Positions 1 through 9,618 of a stretch of 64,000 nucleotides of DNA are shown piece after piece. This DNA comes from Candidatus Caldarchaeum subterraneum (GTDB lineage Archaea; Thermoproteota; Nitrososphaeria_A; Caldarchaeales; Caldarchaeaceae). The stretch is from the NCBI GenBank assembly GCA_937934305.1, contig CALHAG010000002.1, positions 13,263-77,262 of the forward strand, in the 5' to 3' direction. The notes under the pieces were generated by a model that saw only the letters and a program-made list of their open reading frames with translations, did no database searches and had not been told where the DNA came from. The translations under genes were made by a program, and so were the position numbers. Position 1 is the stretch's first letter. Each line of letters begins with the position of its first letter.

Positions 1-621
1 AACCAGCTCTGCGCTCAGCTCATCATCTATTATGCATCTATACGCGTAGCCTGTTCCCGTGTAATAGATTAGGTAGAACGCAATAACTGTGACTATAAGT
101 AGAGTAGTTAACGCGATGTAGTAGTATCTCATGTAGTATGGTAGATTGTCTAAAAACAGTAGGCTAACTCCTCTTATCCTGAACCCTGTTTCTCCCCCTG
201 TCAAGTCAACGAGGCCTGTGACAAGGTTGCTGAAGACGAGTGTGATGGCGAGGGTGAAAATTCCGGTGAAGATTGCGACGAGTTTGCGTCTCACGGAGAG
301 GATGCTGACTGCCCAGCCGACGATCGCGACGACGACCGTTGATAATGCGACAGCCTCTATTGGCCCAGCTATACCGTCTCTCAGCAATATTCCCGTGACG
401 TATGCACCTATTCCTGCGAAGGCTCCTATGCTGAGGAAAAGCTGTCGAGTGAATCCGAACAGGAAGTTGAAGCTGTAGGCGAATATCGTGAAGAAAGTCA
501 TCTGTGCAAGTATGAAAACCACATAGGGCGTGTTGATGAAGGGAAGAGGTAGCGCTATGTAGATGAGGATTAAAGCAGCTAAAACATACAGCCTCGTTTT
601 TACGTATTTATCGGTCACCAT
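1..621 (-). CDS. branched-chain amino acid ABC transporter permease (LivM-like), 3' end cut by window edge
   Basis: Hand translation of the minus strand from ATG at 621-619 gives an open 207-codon frame to position 1 (MVTDKYVKTRLYVLAALILIYIALPLPF...IDDELSAELV) with a hydrophobic multi-TM profile. It is absent from the ORF track because there is no in-window stop. It overlaps the livH-like gene by a few nt. Confidence 0.75.
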   Translation of the reverse strand, partial: MVTDKYVKTRLYVLAALILIYIALPLPFINTPYVVFILAQMTFFTIFAYSFNFLFGFTRQLFLSIGAFAGIGAYVTGILLRDGIAGPIEAVALSTVVVAIVGWAVSILSVRRKLVAIFTGIFTLAITLVFSNLVTGLVDLTGGETGFRIRGVSLLFLDNLPYYMRYYYIALTTLLIVTVIAFYLIYYTGTGYAYRCIIDDELSAELV

Positions 622-1487
622 CTCTCACCAAGTATTCCGTAAGGCCTTGTGAGAAGCAGCACCATGATGAGGATAAGTAGAGCCACATATGCGAGATAGG
701 TGCCCACGACGACAACAAGAAACGTGTATACAACGCCTATCACGAGCCCAGCCGCCATCGTTCCCGACACACTTCTTATTCCACCGACCACAGTCACTAG
801 CAAACCGAGTATAGTGAATTCGAGACCGCTCTCGGGAGCGACCGTAGCTATAAGGCTTCTCACGATACCCGCCATGCCAACTAAAACGGCTCCAACCATG
901 AACACAAGCAGCCTATATTTTTTTACGCTTATACCCACCAGCAAGGCTCCTGTCTCGTTTTGTGTAAGTGAACGAATCGCCCTGCCGGTCCACGTTTTCT
1001 TCAGGAATAGATATATGCCGAGAAGTATGACGGCCGATGAAACACCCGCTACTACTTGGGCTGTTCTAAACGATAAGCCGAGAAGCTCTATGTTTGGGGT
1101 TGGCATATTCAACGTCAGATAAGCAAGTGGAAAAGTGGTGATTATTCCACCATGCAGGAAAATCGAGAAAGCTAGAGTTATGTAGAGACCTAGCAACACC
1201 CTTTCCTCGCCCTCAAGCTTGTAAATAGGACTCAAGACTACACGGTCAAGAACAACCGCAACAGCAAGTGTAGCCGCGATACCTGCGATGAGCGCAAGCG
1301 GCAGCGGCAAGCCAAGCGACCCGGAAAGAACGGCTGCGGTGACTGTTGTGACAACAAGAAGCTCTCCATGCGCCAGATTGAGCACGCCCGCCAAGCCGTA
1401 TATCAGCGTCAGACCGGCTGCGATAAGGGATAGGACTAGCCCGAACACGATGCCGTCAAGAAGGTACAGAATTATAGATGCATCCAT
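615..1487 (-). CDS. branched-chain amino acid ABC transporter permease (LivH-like)
   Basis: 290-aa polytopic membrane protein (MDASIILYLLDGIVFGLVLSLIAAGLTLIYG...), typical LivH N-terminus. It is translationally coupled to its neighbours. Confidence 0.9.
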   Translation of the reverse strand: MDASIILYLLDGIVFGLVLSLIAAGLTLIYGLAGVLNLAHGELLVVTTVTAAVLSGSLGLPLPLALIAGIAATLAVAVVLDRVVLSPIYKLEGEERVLLGLYITLAFSIFLHGGIITTFPLAYLTLNMPTPNIELLGLSFRTAQVVAGVSSAVILLGIYLFLKKTWTGRAIRSLTQNETGALLVGISVKKYRLLVFMVGAVLVGMAGIVRSLIATVAPESGLEFTILGLLVTVVGGIRSVSGTMAAGLVIGVVYTFLVVVVGTYLAYVALLILIMVLLLTRPYGILGERW

Positions 1488-2237
1488 CTACATCCCCATG
1501 TATCTTCTCAAAAAAGATTTGGAGTATACGGCTTCTTTGATGTCGCCTTCATACACGATGCGCCCGTTTGACAAAACATAGCCTCTGTCACTAAGCTGAG
1601 CGGATTGCACGGTCCGCTGCTCCACGAGCAGTATGGATAGCTCCTTCTTTGTTTCCATAAGCTTACGCATTGCTTGGAAAATGGTTTTGACAAGGAGTGG
1701 TGCCAGGCCTGTTGATGGTTCATCCAATAGAAGTAGTTTCGAATCGGTCATCAAGGCTCTGCCTATTGCAAGCATCTGCTGCTCGCCTCCGCTCATTGTG
1801 CCCGCCTTCTGAGAAGCCCGCTCCTTTAACTTCGGGAAGATGCTGTAAACTATCTCGAGGTTTTCGTCTAATTTTTGGCGGGCCCGTTTATTGAAGGCGC
1901 CGAGTATGAGGTTTTCGTGAACGGTCATCAGCGGGAAAAGCTCTTTCTCAGCCAAGGCAAGCGCCACACCTTCTTCGACAATTTTCTCCGGCGGCTTGCC
2001 GTCAATCCTTTTTCCCTCTAACAGAATTCTTCCTTTCTTGGGTTTTATGATTCCTGCGATTGTTTTTAGTAGGGTGGTTTTGCCTGCGCCGTTGGGGCCA
2101 AGCACAGCAACCACCTCTCCTTTCTCCACAGTCAGCGAAACATTCCAGAGAATCTGTATGTCACCGTACCCCGAGTCCAATCCCTCAAGCTGAAGAAGAC
2201 TCGGCAACTTCTCTCTCACCCAGATATGCCTCAACAA
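1488..2237 (-). CDS. ABC transporter ATP-binding protein (LivF-like)
   Basis: Walker A GPNGAGKTTLLKTIAG, signature LSGGEQQMLAIGRAL, Walker B LLLLDEPSTGLAP. The true start is probably downstream of the tracked M (53-nt overlap with livG). Confidence 0.9.
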   Translation of the reverse strand: MLRHIWVREKLPSLLQLEGLDSGYGDIQILWNVSLTVEKGEVVAVLGPNGAGKTTLLKTIAGIIKPKKGRILLEGKRIDGKPPEKIVEEGVALALAEKELFPLMTVHENLILGAFNKRARQKLDENLEIVYSIFPKLKERASQKAGTMSGGEQQMLAIGRALMTDSKLLLLDEPSTGLAPLLVKTIFQAMRKLMETKKELSILLVEQRTVQSAQLSDRGYVLSNGRIVYEGDIKEAVYSKSFLRRYMGM

Positions 2238-2943
2238 CTTCTTGATCCATGACGACCTCCTCGGGCCTTCCCTCAGCCAGCTTCGACCCCTGATTAAGCA
2301 CAGTCACCTTATCGGCGAGAGACGCCACCGCGCTTATCACATGCTCCACCCAGACGATGGTTAACCCATATTCTCTCCGCAAGTCTTTGAAAAGTTGTAC
2401 GGCTTCCTCGACCTCAGCCGTGTTAAGCCCGCTCATATACTCATCAACCATAAGCACCTTAGGCTTCGAGGCAAGGGCCCGAGCCAGTTCAACCTTCTTC
2501 CTCTCCTGGAGATTCAGCAAACCCGCTTTCATCTCCGACTTCTCAGCGAGACCAAGCTTGTCTAAAAGAGTTGAAACATTTTTCTCCAGCTCCGTTCTGT
2601 CAAGTCTCTCGGTAAATAGCCCGCCAGCCAAGACATTTTCCCACACAGTTAAATCCTTGAAAGGTCTTGGAATCTGCAAAGTCCTGCTTATGCCAAGTTT
2701 GAATATCTCGTGAGGAGGCTTTCCCGTGATATCTTTTCCGTCAAAGAATATTTTTCCCGACGATGGTTTGTACACGCCGTTAACAACGTTAAAGAGAGTG
2801 GTTTTTCCCGCACCATTAGGGCCGATGATGGCCCTTATTTCATTAGCCTCTATCTCGAGATTGATGTTTTTCAGAGCCGGTAATCCTCCAAAATACTTCG
2901 TAACTTCAACACATTTAATTAAGGCGGTCAACCCGTAATCCAC
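2185..2943 (-). CDS. ABC transporter ATP-binding protein (LivG-like)
   Basis: GPNGAGKTTLFNVVNG, LSGLNTAEVEEA, VLMVDEYMSGL motifs. Confidence 0.9.
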   Translation of the reverse strand: MDYGLTALIKCVEVTKYFGGLPALKNINLEIEANEIRAIIGPNGAGKTTLFNVVNGVYKPSSGKIFFDGKDITGKPPHEIFKLGISRTLQIPRPFKDLTVWENVLAGGLFTERLDRTELEKNVSTLLDKLGLAEKSEMKAGLLNLQERKKVELARALASKPKVLMVDEYMSGLNTAEVEEAVQLFKDLRREYGLTIVWVEHVISAVASLADKVTVLNQGSKLAEGRPEEVVMDQEVVEAYLGEREVAESSSA

Positions 2944-2969
2944 TCCAATATAGAAAAATAAAAGGATGG

Positions 2970-4187
2970 TTACTTTTCGGGTACGTACGGCTGGACAGGC
3001 GGCGAGACGTAGAGTGTTTCGATTACCCAGTTGGCGCCGGGGTTGATGTTTCCTGGGTTACCTTGCTTGATTACAGCGAGTCTCATCGCAGGTTTCTTTA
3101 TCTCACCCCACTCGGTGTAGGAGAGAGGCCAAGCAAATATTGGCGAGTTGTATTCGCTTGTCCGAATGTGGTTGGCTACGGTGACAGGGTCAACTGACTT
3201 GGTCTTCTCAACCGCGTCAGCTATCATCATGACTGTTACATAGCCCGTGACAGCGTTGTGGTCAAAGAATTTTCCATATTTTTGATAGAATTTTTCGGCT
3301 AGCTGCCTGTACTCGGGTGCCTCCGAGTTGACGCACGTGGTTGTCACGAGTTTGCCGAGGCCGATGTCGCCTACACCTCTCAGCATCAGCTCAGGAGGCT
3401 GCACCGATGCGATGTAGTACGCGGACTGGAAACCGAGCTCGATGGCCTGTTTAGTGATTGTTGGGAAGCCTGGCGGATGTCCGGTGAGTATCATCACCTC
3501 TGGTTGAAGAGGCTGGAGCTTGCGCAGAACCGTTGTAAAGTCTGTTTCACCCAGAGGCGTCTCCTCAATCTGGTACTGTACACCCTGTAGCTGTTTCAGC
3601 CTTTGGTCCAAGACGTCTCTGATAGCGAATCCCCATTCATAGCTGGCTATCACTACTCCAACACGTTTGTATCCTTTGTCGCGTACAAAGTTCGCCAAGA
3701 GCTCACCGTTGGTGGGTGCGGGTGGAAGACAGGTTCTGAAGGTGTATCGCGACTCCTTGGTCAATATTGTGTGGGAGCCTGCCGCCACGAGGAATAGCGG
3801 CACTTTAGCCTGCTCAGCTTCGGCGGAAAGAACCGCGCCAATTCCGCTGGAAATTGTTCCGACAACCGCTGTCACCCTGTCAACCTCAGCCATTCTCTTA
3901 AAGATGGCCACAGCCTCTTTGGCGTCGTTCTTCTCATCAGCCTCCACAAGGACAACACGGGCGCCGAGAACACCTCCTCGGGCGTTTATCTCTTCGACAG
4001 CAAACCTCATGCCATCAAGGGTATAGGCGCCGTAAACAGCGAAAGGCCCCGTCAAAGGAACCAATGCACCGATTTTAACCTCTGACACACCGAGACTCTG
4101 CTGAGATAGAAAGAGAAAGCCCGCAGAAGCCGCGACAGCAGCGACAACAATCACCGCAACAATAGCGACCAATACGGACCTTTTCAC
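2970..4187 (-). CDS. ABC transporter substrate-binding protein (LivK / type I periplasmic-binding fold) with N-terminal TM/signal anchor
   Basis: 405 aa. N-terminal hydrophobic segment MKRSVLVAIVAVIVVAAVAASAGF, then KIGALVPLTGPFAVYG, typical of Leu/Ile/Val-binding family proteins. First gene of the liv-type set. Confidence 0.85.
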   Translation of the reverse strand: MKRSVLVAIVAVIVVAAVAASAGFLFLSQQSLGVSEVKIGALVPLTGPFAVYGAYTLDGMRFAVEEINARGGVLGARVVLVEADEKNDAKEAVAIFKRMAEVDRVTAVVGTISSGIGAVLSAEAEQAKVPLFLVAAGSHTILTKESRYTFRTCLPPAPTNGELLANFVRDKGYKRVGVVIASYEWGFAIRDVLDQRLKQLQGVQYQIEETPLGETDFTTVLRKLQPLQPEVMILTGHPPGFPTITKQAIELGFQSAYYIASVQPPELMLRGVGDIGLGKLVTTTCVNSEAPEYRQLAEKFYQKYGKFFDHNAVTGYVTVMMIADAVEKTKSVDPVTVANHIRTSEYNSPIFAWPLSYTEWGEIKKPAMRLAVIKQGNPGNINPGANWVIETLYVSPPVQPYVPEK

Positions 4188-4219
4188 AGCGGCATCACCT
4201 AAAACCCCGACATTTAAGT

Positions 4220-5206
4220 CTATACATTATCTACAAGGGGCAGAAGCTCATCGGTGATTTTACGCAGCTGACTCTCCTCATAGGTCACAGGGTTGAGGAC
4301 AATCCAGTCAACTCCTTCGAGAGACCTTATCCGGTTCTTTATTTTTTCAGCCAACTCCTCGACGGTGCCGTATAGGTAGAAGTTTCTCCAATAATCTAGG
4401 TTCATACCCGAGTAGAGTGAGAAACGTTTGACTGCTTCTTCATCTCCTTCGCCGGGGCTTTTGATGTAGACAAAGTTTGAGTATACTTTCTGGATTTTGT
4501 ATGGGTCGCGACCGAGCTCTGTAGCGTATTTCTTGACCTTCTCCCAGTCCTGTCTAGCCATCTCCGGTGTAGAGCTTGAATGTGGTATCCAGCCATCGGC
4601 GAATTTTGCGACACGATACAGTACCCTGTCTATGCCTTTGGCCGCGGCTCCGTATAGTATTTCATGAGGCTGGCTGCCTCCCCCAATCCAAATAGGTGGA
4701 TGAGGTTTTTGGAGAGGCTTCGGCTCCAGAACCAAGTCCCTCACGTTGAAGAACCTGCCCTCGAAGGTTATTTTATCCTCTGTCCACAGCTTCTTCAGAA
4801 GAACAAGATATTCATCCATTATTGCGCCCCGTTTCTCCAGCGGCGTATTCAAAAGCCTGAATTCGTCAGGGTTCCACCCAACCCCCGCCCCGAGAACAAA
4901 ACGACCCCCAGAGTATACATCCAGAGAAGCCAGCTGTTTCGCTAATAGGTACGGGTTTCTGAACGGTAGCACAAGTATCATGGGGCCTATGACTGCTTTC
5001 TTGGTTGCGGCGCCTATGAAAGAGAGAGCTATCAAGGGGTCGTGCCAGCTTGTCGAGTAAGCAGGCCTCGATGTGAGGAGATGATCAATCACGAAGAAAC
5101 CTTCAACGCCTAGCTCCTCAGCCTTCGCTACATAATTTTTCAGAGTCTCAAAGGAAGAGAATTCGCCGGGCCTCGCGTATGTGGGTAGTCTTAGACCGAG
5201 CTTCAT
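4220..5206 (-). CDS. LLM-class (luciferase-like) flavin/F420-dependent oxidoreductase
   Basis: 328 aa, MKLGLRLPTYARPGEF...FFVIDHLL, characteristic LLM N-terminus. Start ATG overlaps the upstream stop (cacTGATGaag). Confidence 0.8.
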   Translation of the reverse strand: MKLGLRLPTYARPGEFSSFETLKNYVAKAEELGVEGFFVIDHLLTSRPAYSTSWHDPLIALSFIGAATKKAVIGPMILVLPFRNPYLLAKQLASLDVYSGGRFVLGAGVGWNPDEFRLLNTPLEKRGAIMDEYLVLLKKLWTEDKITFEGRFFNVRDLVLEPKPLQKPHPPIWIGGGSQPHEILYGAAAKGIDRVLYRVAKFADGWIPHSSSTPEMARQDWEKVKKYATELGRDPYKIQKVYSNFVYIKSPGEGDEEAVKRFSLYSGMNLDYWRNFYLYGTVEELAEKIKNRIRSLEGVDWIVLNPVTYEESQLRKITDELLPLVDNV

Positions 5207-6390
5207 CAGTGACCAGCCTCCGGTAACTTTGCTGAGCCTTCTGTCTTGATTGAGCGGGTTGGGGGCGGAGTCATTCTGCTGCGTCCCACCCGTGGAAGAC
5301 CGTCAATCATAACCATTGCTATGCCTGGAATATCGCCGACTGAAAAAGCTTCAACAGCATCCTTCGCCACTGAGCCGTATGGAGCGTCGATGACCACGAG
5401 GTCGGCAGGCCTACCTGTCTCAATAATTCCCTCTCTAAGACCGAAAACTCTCGCCGTGTTGCCTGACGCGGCACAAACAACTCTCTCAGCCTCTACATCT
5501 GTGTTAGACGCTATGAAGGATATTGTTCTGATTATTCCTAGGGGGATGACGCCTGTTCCAGAGGGAGCGTCGTTACCTATTATAAGTCTATGAAGCTCGT
5601 TTCTCTGCTTGAGAATCTTGACGGTCTCCAGCATTGAGCGGAAGTTTCCGCATTGAACTACCTCGATGGCGGAGTTGAGGTTTTCAATAATTTTTCTGAT
5701 GTCCTGTAGAGATGGCGAAGTTGGGCCGCCGTTTATGTGTGACACGACATCTGGCCTGACTTTGAGAACTACTTCTGCGTTGTTTATTGTGCTTCCAGGA
5801 ATAGACGCGCCACCTGTATGGATGACGACCTTCATACCGTGTTTCTGCGCTGTCCGCACCATGGCAGCTGCCTCATCAGGGTCCTGCACGCTTCCGAGAC
5901 CCACCTCACCGACAAGCCATACCCCCGCCCTAACAACTTCTTCAAAATCTGACTCAGTCATCCCCTTCTCGAGTAAAAGGGCACCAGCATGTATCTTGGC
6001 GCCCAGCGGATGAATGTTTTTGAATGATTTGTGTGCGATGATTGCGAGAGCCTTTGATGCTTCTTTGTCACCTCTCGGCCTTCCGGGTAGATGCACCTCG
6101 CCTGCTGAAATAAATGTCGTTACACCTCCGTGGACTGAGGATTCTATGAAGCCGAGTGTGTTCTGCCGTGGTGTGAAGTCTCCGAAAACTGGGTGGACGT
6201 GTGAATCAAAAAGGCCCGGCATCACTGTCATGTTGTTGACGTCGAAGACACCGTCCGCAGGCCGTGAGATGTTCCAACCCACTTCCTCAATCACTCCGTC
6301 CTTGATGTAAATGCTGTTACCCTCGGCCACTGGCTTGTTGATGTCTCCTGACAGTATTTTTCCAGCATTTTTAATTATGTATGAAGGCAT
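5206..6390 (-). CDS. metal-dependent cyclic amidohydrolase (enamidase / dihydropyrimidinase-like superfamily)
   Basis: 394 aa with PGLFDSHVHPVFGDF (HxH metal motif) near the N-terminus, and GGASIPG/HINGGPT-type motifs further in. Confidence 0.8.
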   Translation of the reverse strand: MPSYIIKNAGKILSGDINKPVAEGNSIYIKDGVIEEVGWNISRPADGVFDVNNMTVMPGLFDSHVHPVFGDFTPRQNTLGFIESSVHGGVTTFISAGEVHLPGRPRGDKEASKALAIIAHKSFKNIHPLGAKIHAGALLLEKGMTESDFEEVVRAGVWLVGEVGLGSVQDPDEAAAMVRTAQKHGMKVVIHTGGASIPGSTINNAEVVLKVRPDVVSHINGGPTSPSLQDIRKIIENLNSAIEVVQCGNFRSMLETVKILKQRNELHRLIIGNDAPSGTGVIPLGIIRTISFIASNTDVEAERVVCAASGNTARVFGLREGIIETGRPADLVVIDAPYGSVAKDAVEAFSVGDIPGIAMVMIDGLPRVGRSRMTPPPTRSIKTEGSAKLPEAGH

Positions 6391-6414
6391 GTACCTCTGT
6401 GATTTTTGGAGGGT

Positions 6415-8724
6415 TTAAAGTCTTTGTCTATGAATCGCTGTCCAGAGCTGTCCCGGCGATAGGTGGGAGCGGGTTAGCCTTGTTTTGGTTGCGTCTTCCA
6501 AGGCGTTAACTATGGCGGCTGCCACCGGTATGAGCGGGCCTTCTCCCATGCCTTTGGAGCCGAGCTCCGAGAACAAAGACGGCGTCTCTATGTGGTCTAT
6601 GATAATTTCAGGTGTCTCCATGGCGGTTGGAAGCAGATAGTCGCTGAAGTGAGAGGTCAAAAGCTGGCCGTTTTCATCATAGACAAGCTCCTCGTAGAGA
6701 GTTGCTCCAATTCCCTGCAATACCCCTCCCAGTATCTGGCCATCGACAATTTTCTTGTTCAATATTTTTCCACAGTCATGGACGGCGACATATCTCAGAA
6801 TTTTTACCTCCCCTGTCTCTCTGTCGACCCTCACGACAGCAACATGGGCAGAGTTTCCATATGTGGCTGACATGTTGATTTTACCGGGTTCACCTGTGTT
6901 GAATGTCGGAAACTCATAGAAATATTCTGCTTGAAGGCTTGTGTGTTTGCCGTTAATCGTTAGAGAGTTGCGGTAAGCTATTGCGGCGATTTTCTCCAGC
7001 GATATGGAGACCTCCGAACCTTTTACCGATATTTTTCCATCACGTATCTCAAGGTCATCTGTTGATGTCTCGAGGATTTCGGCCGCTATCTCGAGGATTC
7101 TCTGTTTTAGTGTTTCGCATGATTTTTTGACGGCGGCCACTGTCATGACGCTGAATCTGCTTGCCCAAGTGCCGCCGTATGGGCTTGGGTACACAAAGTC
7201 GGTGTCGCCGAATATTACACGCACCTGTTCAGGCTTAACACCTAGAAGCTCGGAAACAAGTTCTGTAAGCACTGTTGCGTGTCCCTGCCCCTGTGGAATA
7301 GAGGCGGCATAAACAGTTATGGTGCCCGACTCCTCAAGCCTAACCACCGCACCCTCTCCTGAACCTGATGACTCGAACTCTGGGAATAGCAGCTTGTTTC
7401 GAGCTAGATTGGTGACTGCAGGCTCTACAACGCATGCGACTCCAACACCAACGTCCCCCTCATCTAGAAATTTTTCAGCCTGTGAAAGCCGCCATGCCTT
7501 GAGTAATGTGGCTTTATAGTCACCGCCGTCGTAGAGGCTTCCGAAAACAGTGCGGTAGGGCTGCTTCTCTTTTTCCACCATGTTTTTGAGACGTATCTCA
7601 ACTGGTGTCAACCCGAGCTCGCGAGCCGCGATGTCCATCATACGTTCTAAGACGAAGTAGGCCTGTTGGCATCCATAGCCTCGCACCGGGCCAGTGGGAC
7701 ATTTGTTTGTTAAGACAACCTTGAACTCGACATCGACGTTTTGTATGTCGTAGCATCCTAAGTAGGTCATTAGGGAACGCACAGTTCCACCCGGGTCTGG
7801 AAGCCGAGCATAGGCACCCACATCTTCTATGAAGCTTGTCCGGTAACCCGTCACCCGTCCGTCTTTTCTCAAAGCCATCTCAGCAACGGTGACCCTGTTT
7901 GAATTATGAGCCATCGCTGTCAAGTGTTCCCGACGTGTTTCCACCCATTTGACGGGTTTTCCGAGCTTGAGTGCGGCATAGCAGGTTAGGAAAACAATGG
8001 GGTAAAGCATTATTTTTACCCCGAATCCTCCTCCTATGTCGTGTTCGATGAACCGTAGTTTCTCCGGCTGAATTCCAAGTGATTGTGCGATGGATTTTTT
8101 GAAGAGCTGAGGGGTCTGCTGGTTGTCGTAAACGGTTAGTGAGCCGCCCTTGTCCGGGACCGCTACAACTCCGCATGTCTCTATAGGAGCCGCTGCGTAT
8201 CTGTCGAAATAGAACTTTTCTTTCACGACAGTGTCGGCTTCGGCGAACATTTTCTCTACTTCTCCAAAAACGAGTCGGCGGCTCAGAGCCACGTTTGAGC
8301 CTAGGTTTTCATGCACGAGGTTGGAGGAGTTCACCGCCTCCTCAGGGTCGACAATTGGTGGTAGCGGCTCGTAATCGATGTACACCTCCTCAGAAGCGTC
8401 GAGAGCATCTCCAAGAGTCTCGGCAGCAACCATGGCAACGGGTTCGCCGAAAAACCTTGCTTTCCCAACAGCAATTCCATAATATGGCACATCCCTAATC
8501 AGAGTATACAGCGGCTTAGTCTCATTTGCCACCGTTTTACCGTCGATAACCGCGACAGCCTTCTTGAGCGCATCACTGCTGTTTATCGATTTTATTTTTG
8601 CATGTCCATATGGGCTTCGGACAAAAACGAGATGAAGCATCTTGGGGAAAATGAGGTCATCTATGAATTGGCCTTCTCCACGCAGAAGACGCGGGTCTTC
8701 CACCCTTTTTTGCAGCTTCAACAA
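6415..8724 (-). CDS. xanthine dehydrogenase family molybdopterin-binding large subunit (CoxL / aldehyde oxidoreductase-like)
   Basis: 769 aa, MLKLQKRVEDPRLLRGEGQFIDDL..., typical Mo-hydroxylase large-subunit N-terminus. No adjacent FeS or FAD subunit genes. Confidence 0.9.
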   Translation of the reverse strand: MLKLQKRVEDPRLLRGEGQFIDDLIFPKMLHLVFVRSPYGHAKIKSINSSDALKKAVAVIDGKTVANETKPLYTLIRDVPYYGIAVGKARFFGEPVAMVAAETLGDALDASEEVYIDYEPLPPIVDPEEAVNSSNLVHENLGSNVALSRRLVFGEVEKMFAEADTVVKEKFYFDRYAAAPIETCGVVAVPDKGGSLTVYDNQQTPQLFKKSIAQSLGIQPEKLRFIEHDIGGGFGVKIMLYPIVFLTCYAALKLGKPVKWVETRREHLTAMAHNSNRVTVAEMALRKDGRVTGYRTSFIEDVGAYARLPDPGGTVRSLMTYLGCYDIQNVDVEFKVVLTNKCPTGPVRGYGCQQAYFVLERMMDIAARELGLTPVEIRLKNMVEKEKQPYRTVFGSLYDGGDYKATLLKAWRLSQAEKFLDEGDVGVGVACVVEPAVTNLARNKLLFPEFESSGSGEGAVVRLEESGTITVYAASIPQGQGHATVLTELVSELLGVKPEQVRVIFGDTDFVYPSPYGGTWASRFSVMTVAAVKKSCETLKQRILEIAAEILETSTDDLEIRDGKISVKGSEVSISLEKIAAIAYRNSLTINGKHTSLQAEYFYEFPTFNTGEPGKINMSATYGNSAHVAVVRVDRETGEVKILRYVAVHDCGKILNKKIVDGQILGGVLQGIGATLYEELVYDENGQLLTSHFSDYLLPTAMETPEIIIDHIETPSLFSELGSKGMGEGPLIPVAAAIVNALEDATKTRLTRSHLSPGQLWTAIHRQRL

Positions 8725-8829
8725 GGGTTGGGTTTGATGGGGTGAATTTTAAACTGTTTCAAAGATTGGTTGGCGGTGTTCGTGTTTCTGGACTTATTAT
8801 CTCGGGGCTGGATGTATGGCTGAGGAAAA

Positions 8830-9579
8830 ATGGACAAAAGCGCGTATGCGTTGGTTAGTGTTTCGGTGACGGCTGCGGTTTTAGCGGTTGCGCTGGCTGC
8901 GGTGACTTTGATGAGCGGCTCGACTCCGCAGATGTTGAACAACATGGCTGATGAGAGCCTGGTTTCTTCGACGTTGTCGGTGACTGGCACGGCTCAAACC
9001 ACTTTGGTGCCCGATACTTTGGTTGTTACCTTCGTTGTGCAGGAGAAGGCTGCCACATCTTCCGAGGCTTTGGCAAAGCTTTCAGAAAAAGCCAACAGGG
9101 TGGTTTCAGCGGTTCTCGGCCTCGGCATAAGCTCGGAGGACATAAAGACAACAGGTGTCAGCATCCATCCCGAATACATTTACCCTGACAAGGAGCCCCC
9201 GCGTCTAATAGGATACGTGGCCACATACAGCATAGAGGTGAGGACAAAGCGTGTCGCCGACGCAGGAACCTTGATAGACACCGCCGTGAACGCTGGAGCC
9301 GACCAAGTATCTGGGCTGTATTTCACGGTTTCGCCTGAGCAGTATGGCACTGTGTATAGACAGCTTCTTTCAGCGGCTGTCGGGGACGCCGATGCCAAGG
9401 CCGAGTCGGTTCTTCGCCCGCTTAACCTGAGGAAAACAGGCGTCAAATCCGTGTCGGTAATTGATGTGCAGCCCGTCTATCCTGCTCGCGGAGCCGTCGA
9501 AGCATCCTCAGGACCGCCGATATTGACTGGGACAACTACTCTTACGGTGTCGGTGAACGTCGTCTACACAATAGGCTAA
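8830..9579 (+). CDS. SIMPL/DUF541 domain protein with N-terminal membrane anchor
   Basis: 249 aa, TM segment then LSVTGTAQTTLVPDTLVVTFVV...IKTTGVSIHPEY pattern of SIMPL domain. Confidence 0.7.
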   Translation: MDKSAYALVSVSVTAAVLAVALAAVTLMSGSTPQMLNNMADESLVSSTLSVTGTAQTTLVPDTLVVTFVVQEKAATSSEALAKLSEKANRVVSAVLGLGISSEDIKTTGVSIHPEYIYPDKEPPRLIGYVATYSIEVRTKRVADAGTLIDTAVNAGADQVSGLYFTVSPEQYGTVYRQLLSAAVGDADAKAESVLRPLNLRKTGVKSVSVIDVQPVYPARGAVEASSGPPILTGTTTLTVSVNVVYTIG

Positions 9580-9618
9580 ACACTCTATCTTTTTTTCCTA
9601 CTTTTTATCTCCTGATGC

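Noticed and set aside
146-478. 110-aa plus-strand ORF at the window start
   Set aside because: Antisense to the LivM-like permease frame, which is open for 207 codons. No recognisable domain.
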